From NCBI GenBank assembly GCA_964011795.1, contig CAXGQC010000002.1, positions 1-50,435 on the forward strand: a stretch of DNA of 50,435 bases, read 5' to 3'. The first letter of the stretch is position 1, and the number at the start of each line of letters is the position of its first letter. The stretch is from an uncultured bacterium (GTDB taxonomy: Bacteria; Chloroflexota; Dehalococcoidia; UBA2979). The notes beneath the pieces were generated by a model. It searched no databases and was not told where the DNA came from. It was given only the letters and a program-made list of their open reading frames with translations. This document shows, piece by piece, positions 1 through 9,657 of the stretch. The position numbers were made by a program, and so were the translations under genes.

Positions 1-2
1 GT

Positions 3-626
3 CGGTTCACGCTTGCCATCGGTGCTGGTTGGTTTAAGAGAGAGCATGAGGCCTACAGCTGGGAATTCCCTTCTATGCGTGAACGTTCGGACAGACTCGA
101 GGAGGCGTGTCAACTTATCCGTATGCTGGTCAGCTCGGAGCAGCCTGTTAACTTTAGTGGTAAATATTATCAGTTGGTCGATGCTCCACTATCTCCGGGC
201 AGCTACCAGACTCCTCATATCCCAATAATGGTTGGTGGAACAGGGCCTTTGCGAACTTTGAAAACTCTGGCTATGTATGGGGACGTATTTAATCTTGATG
301 GGTTTGCACGACGAGGTATGTCGATAGATTTATACCGTGAGAAAACAGAAATTCTTGAGAAGCACTGCGAGCGCGTTGGACGAGACCCAAGTGAAATACG
401 GCGCACGATCCTTATGCCAACTATGCTTTCAGACGATAAAGAATCTAGTGATGCATTTGTAGAAATGATCGGACCAGACACCGTTGCCGGCAGTGCAAGT
501 TACATTATTGATCGGGTCGGAGAGTTTATTGATGAAGGAGTAGATGAAATTATGTTTGGTCGACTTCCGAACGATCCTAATGAATTCCAACGCTTTGAGT
601 CAGAAGTAATTGCAGCTTTTGACTAG
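3..626 (+). CDS. LLM-class (luciferase-like) flavin/F420-dependent oxidoreductase, 5'-truncated by window edge
   Basis: The frame of ORF 75..626 stays open back to nt 3 (RFTLAIGAGWFKREHEAYSWEFPSMRERSDRLEEA...). The GaGW...E..ayG / R..rleE pattern and the C-terminal half are typical of luciferase-like monooxygenases. It visibly resembles the CDS at 17161..18084. Confidence 0.8.
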   Translation, partial: RFTLAIGAGWFKREHEAYSWEFPSMRERSDRLEEACQLIRMLVSSEQPVNFSGKYYQLVDAPLSPGSYQTPHIPIMVGGTGPLRTLKTLAMYGDVFNLDGFARRGMSIDLYREKTEILEKHCERVGRDPSEIRRTILMPTMLSDDKESSDAFVEMIGPDTVAGSASYIIDRVGEFIDEGVDEIMFGRLPNDPNEFQRFESEVIAAFD

Positions 627-633
627 TCAGTCA

Positions 634-1773
634 TTACTGCAGACTAGGATTGATTAAAAACTTTTGTCCCGTAGCCTGTTTTCGATATTCATCAACCGCT
701 TCCCTCGCAAGCGCTTGGCTCAATGAGACTTCTTGCACATACGAACTGGCGAACGTGGTTGTAATGGATGCAGCGACTCGTTCTCTCATGTTTTGGGCCT
801 CTTCGGCTCCTGCAATTTGAAGATAAGGAGTGAGCAACCATCCCCCAATTCCCCATGCCATTCCGTAACTTCGATTAAGAACAGTAGGGTTTCGGTCAAG
901 ACCGCCATAGATGTAGACCTGCTTGTGCACAGTCGAGCCGTACCTACTGAATCCGGGTGATGTACTGATAGCCGCTCGCTCCATACATGCCAAGATGTCG
1001 TTGGTGAGTTTACCTCCCCCAGTTGCATCGAAACCCAATGTCGCACCGGTCTGGATCAGTGCCTCAGTGAGGTCGGATTTAAACGTGTCAGAGCTTGAGT
1101 TGCAGATGAACGTAGCTCCGATGCTGCGTAAGATTTCCTCCTGTTCAGATGAGCGAACGATGTTGATCAGGTCAAATTCCTCCTCAAGCGCAACTTTTTG
1201 CAGCATTTGGCCTAAGTTCGACGCTGCCGCTGTGTGAACTATGGCTGAATGACCTTCACGCCTCATGGTTCCGACAAACCCTAGAACTGTCATTGGATTT
1301 ACAAAACATGAAGCGCTTTGAGCCGGGCTGGTCCCGTCCGGAACAACTATGCACTGGTCTGCACGAACTCTTTTATATTCGGAATAGGTGCCGCCTCCGG
1401 CGAAGCCAACCACGCTGCCTAGAAGCTTTTGTGCCTCTTCTGAATCACCAGTAGCCACAACGACCCCTGCTCCCTCATTTCCGACTGGCATACTTTGTCC
1501 AATGCGACCCTCAACGCTGGGCATTAAGTGCGACGCAATAGGAGCATTAACCACAGGGGACCCAGCATCTTCGGAATAACTCGCAGCTTCCATGTCTGCT
1601 GGACCGAACAAGACACCGAGGTCAGATGGATTGATAGGAGCCGCCTCGATTCTTACGAGAACGTCAGAGTCTCGCAGATCAGGCACGTCGGCAGTTGCAA
1701 TACGTAATGCTAGAGATTCGTCCTCACGTATCAGTGACTGGATTTGCATCATTTCATTCGAATTATTAGCCAT
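634..1773 (-). CDS. MDR-superfamily (quinone oxidoreductase-like) NAD(P)-dependent oxidoreductase
   Basis: 385-aa ORF with PINPSD, VGNEGAGVV and HTAAASNLG (nucleotide-binding region) motifs of zinc-independent medium-chain dehydrogenases. I prefer the ATG at 1773 (AAGGA 8 nt upstream) over the ATG at 1791, which has no SD. Confidence 0.75.
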   Translation of the reverse strand: MANNSNEMMQIQSLIREDESLALRIATADVPDLRDSDVLVRIEAAPINPSDLGVLFGPADMEAASYSEDAGSPVVNAPIASHLMPSVEGRIGQSMPVGNEGAGVVVATGDSEEAQKLLGSVVGFAGGGTYSEYKRVRADQCIVVPDGTSPAQSASCFVNPMTVLGFVGTMRREGHSAIVHTAAASNLGQMLQKVALEEEFDLINIVRSSEQEEILRSIGATFICNSSSDTFKSDLTEALIQTGATLGFDATGGGKLTNDILACMERAAISTSPGFSRYGSTVHKQVYIYGGLDRNPTVLNRSYGMAWGIGGWLLTPYLQIAGAEEAQNMRERVAASITTTFASSYVQEVSLSQALAREAVDEYRKQATGQKFLINPSLQ

Positions 1774-1806
1774 TTGTTCATTCCTTTTCATCTATAAGTC
1801 GATTTA

Positions 1807-2979
1807 TCACATGCCGTATTGCCGGTTCATCTCAGAGAGAGTTTCTGGTTGGAGTCGTCTACCTTGTATGGCTGGATGCTCAAGTCCGTAACGATAAGCA
1901 CGAAATAACCAGCCTATTGTTATGCCGTTGTCTCGCGCATTGTAGATAGGATTCCACCATTCCCAAGCAACCTCACCTTTTGAAGTTATTTCAAGCAGTC
2001 GACCGGATGTACCCTCACATATTAGGACATTCTGATTTGGAAGCCGGGTAGCTCCTGAAATATGGCCACTAAAAAATTGCGCCGGGGGATTCCCTTGGTA
2101 CGTCCAAGTGACCTCGCTTGTTTGGGGATCAACGACGATCACACGTGAGGTGGACATGTCAGTTTGACGATGCATTCCATTATCGAAAATCTGCACCTGA
2201 TTGTTATCTACCCAAGTAGCATGATGTTGATGTGCGGTGTCAGGGAAACCATACTTCCACGTAATTTCCGGATCGCCTGTCCCACGGGAAATTATTGCCA
2301 CACGACTATTGTTCCTGCAGGAAATCAATACATCACCATCAGAATTCAGATCGATGCTATTTATGTGGGTCCACTCCCATTTTGTTTCGAGCGGGCATAT
2401 AGGGTCCTTCCGGGGATCAAAGAGCTTCCATGTTTCTGCTCGCCAAACTTCCTTACCTTTTGGATCTATTTCAACAATGTCATCCCCAAGCATTACAGGA
2501 AGTTTTTCTTTAGGACGTTTGACTCCTCCCTTTACCTGCTTGGCTTCTGCGTCCGGCATTTCCCTCCAGACTGGGAAGATTGTGTTTCCGTTTTCAAGGC
2601 GGACAAAGTCATGGTGCATGGCAATATCTTTGTGTTCCCATACAACCTCACCCTCCCAAGTGATTTCCTGTAATACCGAACAGTTAGCGCCGAGGCGGCG
2701 AAGATGTCTCTCAAAAGGTGGTGGATCAACCGTGAAATCGGGTGGCGGTGGTGGTAGTAGCGAACGCTCTACTCCCATCATAAGAAGGTTGCCATTGTCG
2801 AGTAATTTAGAAATGTGTGGACGCACAGTTTCAAAAACCCACTTGTGTACGAATCGTCCGTCGATGTCGAGCAGGTAACTTGCATTACCGCTCAGTGGTG
2901 TTATTAGTGTGTATCCCTTACTCGACAGCTGAGGCCTGTGGAATGTCATGCCGAATTTTTGATTGATTGACCAGCCCAC
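1807..2979 (-). CDS. arylsulfotransferase (ASST)-family beta-propeller protein
   Basis: 390-aa ORF. Repeated propeller-like segments (HHDFVRLENGN, THINSIDLNSDGDVLISCRNNSRVAII, HQHHATWVDNNQVQIFDNG) resemble the Arylsulfotran_2 family. GTG start at 2979 is preceded by GGGAGG at 5 nt. Confidence 0.6.
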   Translation of the reverse strand: MGWSINQKFGMTFHRPQLSSKGYTLITPLSGNASYLLDIDGRFVHKWVFETVRPHISKLLDNGNLLMMGVERSLLPPPPPDFTVDPPPFERHLRRLGANCSVLQEITWEGEVVWEHKDIAMHHDFVRLENGNTIFPVWREMPDAEAKQVKGGVKRPKEKLPVMLGDDIVEIDPKGKEVWRAETWKLFDPRKDPICPLETKWEWTHINSIDLNSDGDVLISCRNNSRVAIISRGTGDPEITWKYGFPDTAHQHHATWVDNNQVQIFDNGMHRQTDMSTSRVIVVDPQTSEVTWTYQGNPPAQFFSGHISGATRLPNQNVLICEGTSGRLLEITSKGEVAWEWWNPIYNARDNGITIGWLFRAYRYGLEHPAIQGRRLQPETLSEMNRQYGM

Positions 2980-2992
2980 GATATCCTCCCTT

Positions 2993-4264
2993 CTAGTCAG
3001 ATGCTATTGCATGTTTATCATCTATAAGCTTATTTATAGCATCGTTTGTCATGCCTGCTTCATTAAGTACTTCACGTGTGTGCTTCCCGAGGACTGGGCT
3101 AGGACCTTGCGCCTGCAGTGGTGTTTCTCCAAATTTGACCGGGGGAGCTACAACATCCATCCCCCCGAGCAATTCATGCTCAAGGTGAATCATGAAGTTG
3201 TTTTCCTTCACTTGCGGGCTGTCGATTACCTCTTCGAGCGTCTGGTAGCGCTGACATGGGACACCAGCCTCATTAAAGATTTTGAGCCAATGCTCAGTTG
3301 TGTTTGTAAGCAGGACAGCCTGCATCTGATCACGGATACCGGCCTGATAAGCTTTAATGTCAGCTGGAGCTTCCCAGTCAGGGTCTGTTATTCGGGGATC
3401 ATCGATATTCAGTAGAGTGGCGATTTTTCGTTGAAGAGAGTCAACAGCTGCTGAAATGACGATCACTCCATTAGAAGTCTGTAAAAAACCATAATATGCG
3501 CCACTTACGACATGAGGGAGAAGTTCGGCCTTCCGCTCAATCATTGTCTCCCACGGGTCCGATTCCTTGTACACCTCCTCAAGAAAACTCACATATTCCT
3601 TTCTCCAGTCCGCGATGACATCCACATGATGAGCATTGTTGTTCTGCAAAACGAGGGCGGCCTGTAAGAGTGCCACGTCTATACGTTGGCCGATATTTGT
3701 TTTTTCACGATGATACAGAGCTGATGCTATACCCCACGAGAGGAGCATGGCTGCCATATAGTCAACAACAGGATCTGGTCTCAAAGAAGGACCATCTGGG
3801 CTCAGATGTGCAAGTCCTGAGAATGCCTGAATGGCAGCATCCATGGCAGGTTTACCGGCGAGTGGTCCCTCCAGACCATATCCTGTGTTCTCAGCATATA
3901 TTAGGCGGGCATTTCGCTCCTTCAGAGTTTCATAATCAAGTCCCAGACTTTGTGCAACACCTGGTCTGAAATTAGCAATAATTACGTCAGCTTTCTCACA
4001 TAATGCTTTGACCGCGGAATTTATCTCAGAGTTTGCCAGATTTACGGCGACGGATCGTTTCCCTCGGTTTTTATTGAGATACTGAAGTCCTTCACCCGGA
4101 ATTATTGTTCCGTTACGTCTGGTTTGGTCTCCCTCCAGAGGTTCGATTTTTATCACATCAGCACCGGAATCAGCCAATAGCTGTGCACAATATGGTGCTG
4201 CTATGAAACGACCTAACTCAATAACTTTCAATCCGACGAAGGCTCCACGATGCTCATTAACCAC
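2993..4264 (-). CDS. CaiB/BaiF family (type III) CoA-transferase
   Basis: N-terminus GLKVIELGRFIAAPYCAQLLADSGADVIKIEPLEGDQTR is the family signature. The GTG start overlaps the stop of the upstream acyl-CoA dehydrogenase by 8 nt (GTGGTTAA). Confidence 0.85.
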   Translation of the reverse strand: MVNEHRGAFVGLKVIELGRFIAAPYCAQLLADSGADVIKIEPLEGDQTRRNGTIIPGEGLQYLNKNRGKRSVAVNLANSEINSAVKALCEKADVIIANFRPGVAQSLGLDYETLKERNARLIYAENTGYGLEGPLAGKPAMDAAIQAFSGLAHLSPDGPSLRPDPVVDYMAAMLLSWGIASALYHREKTNIGQRIDVALLQAALVLQNNNAHHVDVIADWRKEYVSFLEEVYKESDPWETMIERKAELLPHVVSGAYYGFLQTSNGVIVISAAVDSLQRKIATLLNIDDPRITDPDWEAPADIKAYQAGIRDQMQAVLLTNTTEHWLKIFNEAGVPCQRYQTLEEVIDSPQVKENNFMIHLEHELLGGMDVVAPPVKFGETPLQAQGPSPVLGKHTREVLNEAGMTNDAINKLIDDKHAIASD

Positions 4265-5453
4265 GAGGTAAACCTAGCCCACGAGTTGCAATGACATTTC
4301 GTTGAATTTCACTCGACCCCTGTGCGATTGTTCCAGGAATAGCGGAGACATACCCGTTTGCAGAGGTTCTGAGTTCACGCCTCAAATTGCCACCATCACT
4401 CGTGGTCGCCCATTTGCTGAATGATAGGTTCCCGAAAAGTCCATCTATCCCCACGTGCAAGTTATGGATTGTTTGATCGACCTCGCTTGCAAGTAATTTT
4501 GTAATCGACACCTCGTAATTTGGAATGAGTCCAGATGCCTGTTGGGACACTACTCTGTAGGCCAATAATTCAGAGACCTTTGTCGAGACACTCAGGTCGG
4601 CTAATCTCGTCCTTTTGCTCTTTGATTTATAACCACTTTGTGGGGATTGGTGAGCCTCAATCGCTTGTTTCAGAGCTCTTCTGAGGGAAGCAATACGTGC
4701 TATCCCTGATCGTTCAAAATCCATAGTTGACGCATTCACGTACCAGCCGCGATTTTCCTCGCCCACGATATTTTCAGTAGGTACCTTTACATCTTCAAAA
4801 TGCACTTTGTTGAAATGGTGTTCTCCTTGCATATCAAGAATAGGTTCCACGGTGACACCTTCGGCATCAAGTGGAATTATGAGCATGGATAAGCCCCTGT
4901 GTTTAGGCGCATTGGGGTCAGTTCGTACAACTGTCCAAAGAAGGTCCGAATAGTGAGCGCCGCTAGTCCACTTTTTTTGCCCGTTTACAGTGTAAAAATC
5001 GCCATCTTTTACAGCCCGCGTATTTGCTGATGCTAAATCTGACCCGGCATCAGGTTCTGAAAGTCCCATCGCGAAAGAGAGATCTCCTTTTGCAATCTGG
5101 GGGAGGTACTCTTGTTTTTGTTCCTCATTCCCGAACAAAATTATCGATGGGCCTACCTGTTGAACTGCTCTCCGATGATGCTCTTGTGGCGCACCTACTT
5201 CGGCCATCTCTTCCATGTAAATCATTTGCTCTGTGTAGCTAAGTCCAGCACCACCGTATTCCTCAGGCCATGCGACTGCCAGCCATCCAGCCTCTGCCGT
5301 CATACGACTGAATTCCGGCGAAGATCGCTCCTCGCGACCTCCCCCTCCTTTTGCTTCCTGTGCGCTCCAGAACTCCTTTGTAAGTGTGGTTTCGATGAAT
5401 GCCTTGATTTCCGCTCTGAAATTTTCCTGGTCTTCAGTGAATTTGAAATCCAT
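4257..5453 (-). CDS. acyl-CoA dehydrogenase family protein
   Basis: 398-aa ORF with typical ACAD N-terminus (MDFKFTEDQENFR), GLSEPDAGSDLAS, KWTSGAHYSD and C-terminal GSSEIQRNVIATRGLGLPRG. GGGAGGAG SD lies 7 nt before the ATG. Paralogue of 27911..29089. Confidence 0.9.
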   Translation of the reverse strand: MDFKFTEDQENFRAEIKAFIETTLTKEFWSAQEAKGGGGREERSSPEFSRMTAEAGWLAVAWPEEYGGAGLSYTEQMIYMEEMAEVGAPQEHHRRAVQQVGPSIILFGNEEQKQEYLPQIAKGDLSFAMGLSEPDAGSDLASANTRAVKDGDFYTVNGQKKWTSGAHYSDLLWTVVRTDPNAPKHRGLSMLIIPLDAEGVTVEPILDMQGEHHFNKVHFEDVKVPTENIVGEENRGWYVNASTMDFERSGIARIASLRRALKQAIEAHQSPQSGYKSKSKRTRLADLSVSTKVSELLAYRVVSQQASGLIPNYEVSITKLLASEVDQTIHNLHVGIDGLFGNLSFSKWATTSDGGNLRRELRTSANGYVSAIPGTIAQGSSEIQRNVIATRGLGLPRG

Positions 5454-5517
5454 TTTGCGACTCCTCCCGCTGTCGTCAACGCACTAAATTTGGGCAGCGG
5501 CACAACTTTCGAGTGCC

Positions 5518-6462
5518 TCAGCTTATTCCAATCGCTTCAATATGTTCGACTCCTAAACCACAACAGCCTCCTAATATTTGCACGCCCATATTTCGCCACT
5601 CAGCGACATGATCTGCAAAATATTCTGGGGTCGCGATATCTACGAATTGCCAACTTGGTCGTTCAAAATAACCGGAGTTAGGGTAGGCCCCTATGGCTCC
5701 ATCCCATTGTTTTTTGAGGGCCTGGATTCCCAACGTAGTGTCACTTATTGGACTGTGCATGATATGAATTGATTGCACATCGTATGAGGTAACTGCGTCC
5801 AGTGTTTCACTAAACATGCGGTCGGTATCATCAAACATCACCAGTTCTTCCGATGAATTCGTACTTCTGCAGCTCAGGCCAACCCAAACAGGAACACCGG
5901 TCCGCATCGCTTCTTCGATTGCCGGGATAGCTACCTCAGGTTCCTGCATCATTTCGAGGATAAGTAGATCAGCTCCGGCTTCAACCAATAGTTCACTTTG
6001 CTCGCGATAGGTGGATTTAAGAACTTGTGGCTGCAGCCACTTAGAATCCAGACCACGCTTATCTGCTCGTGCATCCGATATGGAACCAGCAACCGCTACT
6101 TGGACCGAGGCATCGGATAATGAACCAGCTATGGCCACCTGTTCGGCCTGTGATTCTTTGACCGCCATTTTTGCTATTTCCACGGCTTTTGTGTTCATTT
6201 CGGCTACCTGATCCCCGTAGCCAGCTGGTTCCAGCATCTGCCGCGACGAGGCGAATGTGTTGGTGATAATCACCTCTGCGCCTGCAGCAATGTAGTCTTT
6301 GTGAATTTCCTTTAAGACCTGGCTGTGCGTGGTAACAGATGGACCGCACCAGGCGCGTTCGTCCATTGGTACGCCGCGCCTCTCAAGCTCGGAGCCGTTA
6401 GCGCCATCAATAATGATCTCGCCTCCCGCGGCAAGTCTCTCGGCAATCCACGCTGCACTCAT
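5518..6462 (-). CDS. homocysteine S-methyltransferase family protein
   Basis: IIDGANGSELERRG, ITNTF and the C-terminal zinc motif ILGGCCG are characteristic of Pfam S-methyl_trans (MmuM/BHMT-like). Contains an internal 13-aa tandem repeat (see findings). Confidence 0.8.
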   Translation of the reverse strand: MSAAWIAERLAAGGEIIIDGANGSELERRGVPMDERAWCGPSVTTHSQVLKEIHKDYIAAGAEVIITNTFASSRQMLEPAGYGDQVAEMNTKAVEIAKMAVKESQAEQVAIAGSLSDASVQVAVAGSISDARADKRGLDSKWLQPQVLKSTYREQSELLVEAGADLLILEMMQEPEVAIPAIEEAMRTGVPVWVGLSCRSTNSSEELVMFDDTDRMFSETLDAVTSYDVQSIHIMHSPISDTTLGIQALKKQWDGAIGAYPNSGYFERPSWQFVDIATPEYFADHVAEWRNMGVQILGGCCGLGVEHIEAIGIS

Positions 6463-6499
6463 AGCTATGAGTAGCCCCTCACTGTTGTTTGAAGAATAT

Positions 6500-7156
6500 C
6501 TAGGGCTGCTTCACCAACCGAATATAGGGCAGTGGAGTTTCCCAGCCGTCAGTATACTTCTTCGCAGCATCCTCGTCTGACACTGCCGGCAAGATAATTA
6601 CATCTTCTCCCTGATTCCAGTTGGCAGGCGTTGCCACCTGCTCAGATGCTGTGAGCTGGAGCGAGTCCACTAGACGCAAAATCTCGTCGAAGTTACGTCC
6701 TGTGCTCATTGGGTAAGTAAGCGTTGCTTTTATTTTTTTGTCCGGACCGATCACAAAAATAGATCGCGCGGTTGCGTTATCGGCTGGAGTTCGTCCCTCG
6801 GCAGTATCTCCATCATCAGCAGGGAGCATATCGAACTGTTTCACGATATTTAAGGTCGGATCGCCGATTAGTGGATAGTTTACAGCTGTCCCTTGAAAGG
6901 ATTCGATATCTTTTGACCAACTTGCGTGATCACTTACCCCATCAACGCTGATGCCAATTAGTTTGCAGTTTCGGCTGTCGAAATCGGGTTTCAGACTGGC
7001 AACAGTTCCAAGTTCAGTGGTGCAGACTGGTGTGAAATCCTTCGGGTGTGAGAAAAGCACAACCCAGCTATTCCCGATCCAGTCATGGAAATTAATTGGT
7101 CCCTCTGTTGTGTCCGCGCTAAAGTCGGGGACCTCATCGTTTATTCGTAATGTCAC
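6500..7156 (-). CDS. 1-Cys peroxiredoxin (Prx6 type)
   Basis: DFTPVCTTE active-site motif with WVVLFSHP. The longest ORF starts at TTG 7189, but GTG 7156 is preceded by a perfect AGGAGG (7163-7168) and gives the usual N-terminus (V)TLRINDEVPDF. Confidence 0.9.
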   Translation of the reverse strand: MTLRINDEVPDFSADTTEGPINFHDWIGNSWVVLFSHPKDFTPVCTTELGTVASLKPDFDSRNCKLIGISVDGVSDHASWSKDIESFQGTAVNYPLIGDPTLNIVKQFDMLPADDGDTAEGRTPADNATARSIFVIGPDKKIKATLTYPMSTGRNFDEILRLVDSLQLTASEQVATPANWNQGEDVIILPAVSDEDAAKKYTDGWETPLPYIRLVKQP

Positions 7157-7251
7157 GATCTTCCTCCTAATATTAAGTATGTTGCTCAATAATATCTATA
7201 ATTATAAATCATTTTGTTAGGTGCTGTGCAGCGGTACGACGAACCGAGTGC

Positions 7252-8445
7252 TTATTGACCGATGCTCCGATCATTCGCTGGTAGATTTTGTGTTCTCAGT
7301 GCATAGATTATTCCGCCCAAAGCGTTGACGATTGCAGAAACGAAAAAAATCGAGGTGGTTCCGAATGCCTCGATTAGATATCCCCCACCGAGACCGCCGG
7401 TAAGAATGCCTAGTGCGAATGCAAGTTCCATCAGGCCGGCGACAGTGGATAGGCCTAGTCGCCGGCCGACTGATACCTGTTCAGCCTGTATTGCTCCCTG
7501 TGCTGTGGCAGTGCCGAGACCGCCGAAAAAAAGAAAAGCCAAAAACAGCACGACGAAAGATTCTGAAACACCCACAGTGAACAATGCGATAGCCACACTT
7601 CCACTCCCGATAATTGCCAGTTTAGGCCGCGAGAATATATCTGACAGCCGCCCTGTAAATGGCTGGGCCGCTCCTCCCACAAATTGTTGAATACCAATGA
7701 GGATCCCGATTGCTATTGCTGTATAACCGATTTCATTTTCGAGAAATACCGGAAGAAACGCGAAGCAGGCTGAGATCGACCAAGCGAAACTGAGTCTTGC
7801 TATGAAAATGCCCTGCATAGATCGATCAGTGATGATTGACTTCCACGAAACGTAGTTTCTCGAATTATCTGCAGATTGCTGTTCGTCAATATTGACGGGT
7901 CTGGCCGGAAGAAATAAGACGACGAGACTCGTCGCTACAAAACAGAAAATCCCCATCAAGACAAATAAGAGCTCGAATGAACCGACACTGCGGACCAAGC
8001 CATACAGGAGCGGTCCAATCCCAAAGCCGAGGAAGATGAATGGGGCAAAAGCCCCCATGTATCGGCCTTCTTGTCCGCGAGGTGCAAGAGCTCCAACATA
8101 CGACAACGACATCGTGAAGATTAGGGCTGAACCGACTCCAGTCAACGCACGGAACACAATGACGGCAGATACATCTTGAAAGACGACCCAACCGATCGCA
8201 ACGAAAACGTATGACCCGAGTCCGATAGCGAAAAAAGGTTTTCTACCATATTTATCTGCGACGCGACCTATCCACGGCGTCATGAATAGCTCAGTGACTG
8301 CGAAGACCGAAAAGGCCGCACCTTGTGCGGTTGGCCCGCCTCCAAGTATTGATACCCAAGTAGTGAGACCAGGTGTTGCCATGCCAAGGGCCAATGTTCC
8401 AAGAAACATGGAGAAGCCAGCCACCAGAAATGGGCGTGTCAACAT
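7252..8445 (-). CDS. MFS transporter
   Basis: 397-aa polytopic hydrophobic ORF with the MFS loop motif GRVADKYGRK between predicted TM2 and TM3. Confidence 0.8.
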   Translation of the reverse strand: MLTRPFLVAGFSMFLGTLALGMATPGLTTWVSILGGGPTAQGAAFSVFAVTELFMTPWIGRVADKYGRKPFFAIGLGSYVFVAIGWVVFQDVSAVIVFRALTGVGSALIFTMSLSYVGALAPRGQEGRYMGAFAPFIFLGFGIGPLLYGLVRSVGSFELLFVLMGIFCFVATSLVVLFLPARPVNIDEQQSADNSRNYVSWKSIITDRSMQGIFIARLSFAWSISACFAFLPVFLENEIGYTAIAIGILIGIQQFVGGAAQPFTGRLSDIFSRPKLAIIGSGSVAIALFTVGVSESFVVLFLAFLFFGGLGTATAQGAIQAEQVSVGRRLGLSTVAGLMELAFALGILTGGLGGGYLIEAFGTTSIFFVSAIVNALGGIIYALRTQNLPANDRSIGQ

Positions 8446-8497
8446 GGTACGGAGACGTTACTCTCGAAGTGTCTTAGGTGATAGAGAGAGGACGAAT

Positions 8498-9424
8498 ATG
8501 TCATTACGGAGTTTGCTTAGCACCAAAAGAGGCCCCAGCGGATATGGATATGCCTCCACTGCGGAGCAGGTAAGTGAAGGGCTAGATTTATCCGGAAAGA
8601 CTTTCATAGTTACGGGTGCCAATACCGGACTTGGATTCGAAACCTGTCGTGTACTCGTTATGCGAGGAGCGTCCGTCATAGGAACGGTCCGCTCGACCGA
8701 GAAAGGTGAACAAGTTACATCATCCTTAGGTGAGCGATTCAAATTTGTAGAATGCGATCTATCTGAGCCTGAGTCCATCTTTGGGGCCGCTACCAAGATT
8801 CAATCGAGCAGTGTAAATGTGTCGGCTGTGATAGCTAACGCTGGGGTTATGGGATTGCCTATATATGAAGAAAAATATGGAATGGAAGCCCAATTTTTGA
8901 CCAATCATCTGGGCCATTTCATATTTGTGAATTCGTTGATCGATCACTTAGTGCCGGATGGGAGAGTAGTAGTGCTGTCGAGTAGTGCACATAGACGTAC
9001 CTATACTGGAGGACTAGATTTCAGTGACTTGAATCACAAGGAAGATTATCAAAAGTGGAGATCGTATGGCCAGTCGAAGTTGGCAAATCTGTTGTTCGCT
9101 CGAGAACTCAACCATCAATTTGCGGGGACATCTAAAACAGCGAATGCTATACACCCAGGTGTAATTAGGACAGAGCTTGTCCGACACTTTATTAATCCGG
9201 TCATTCAGATAGGCGCTAAAGTTGGCGAATGGTTAGTGTTTAAATCTTTGGCACAGGGTGCAGCTACTCAGTGCTATGCAGCGGTGCATCCAGATATGGC
9301 TGAAGTGGGTGGTGAGTATCTGTATGACAGCAATATCCAGACCAGTTCAGTGTTGGGACAAGACCGGACAGCGGGCGAACAGTTGTGGGAGTTCTCTGAA
9401 AAATTTTCCGATAGATTCAGGTGA
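8498..9424 (+). CDS. SDR family oxidoreductase (retinol-dehydrogenase-like)
   Basis: TGANTGLGFE (TGxxxGxG) and YGQSKLAN (YxxxK). The ORF 8282.. overlaps the divergent MFS gene, so I take the ATG at 8498, which lies just past a purine-rich GAGAGAGG. Confidence 0.85.
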   Translation: MSLRSLLSTKRGPSGYGYASTAEQVSEGLDLSGKTFIVTGANTGLGFETCRVLVMRGASVIGTVRSTEKGEQVTSSLGERFKFVECDLSEPESIFGAATKIQSSSVNVSAVIANAGVMGLPIYEEKYGMEAQFLTNHLGHFIFVNSLIDHLVPDGRVVVLSSSAHRRTYTGGLDFSDLNHKEDYQKWRSYGQSKLANLLFARELNHQFAGTSKTANAIHPGVIRTELVRHFINPVIQIGAKVGEWLVFKSLAQGAATQCYAAVHPDMAEVGGEYLYDSNIQTSSVLGQDRTAGEQLWEFSEKFSDRFR

Positions 9425-9584
9425 AGATAAACCGAAGTATCCAAAGCACTATCAACCACACGATAACGGCGCCTATTTGTCTTATTAGTTCCGACCGTTC
9501 TCGGATCACGTTATAGAAAACTATCGCGGGAAGTGCAGCAGCAATGAGAGTGACTGTGTGAGCATCGAAATTAATTTTATCCAC
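9417..9584 (-). CDS. candidate small membrane protein (55 aa), below the ORF-track length cutoff
   Basis: Hand translation from GTG 9584: VDKINFDAHTVTLIAAALPAIVFYNVIRERSELIRQIGAVIVWLIVLWILRFIFT, with stop at 9417-9419. It has two hydrophobic helices and fills an otherwise empty 230-nt gap. There is no convincing SD. Confidence 0.25.
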   Translation of the reverse strand: MDKINFDAHTVTLIAAALPAIVFYNVIRERSELIRQIGAVIVWLIVLWILRFIFT

Positions 9585-9657
9585 CTTTGATTCGGCAATC
9601 GCCTTACACTAACGTAGTCCGGTTCGTAAAGGATAATACCAATTGAGGGGTGGAAGT

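Noticed and set aside
1792-1809. Possible TGA read-through joining the ASST-like gene to the MDR gene (same frame)
   Set aside because: The TGA is followed immediately by in-frame TAA and TAG, so these are ordinary separate genes.
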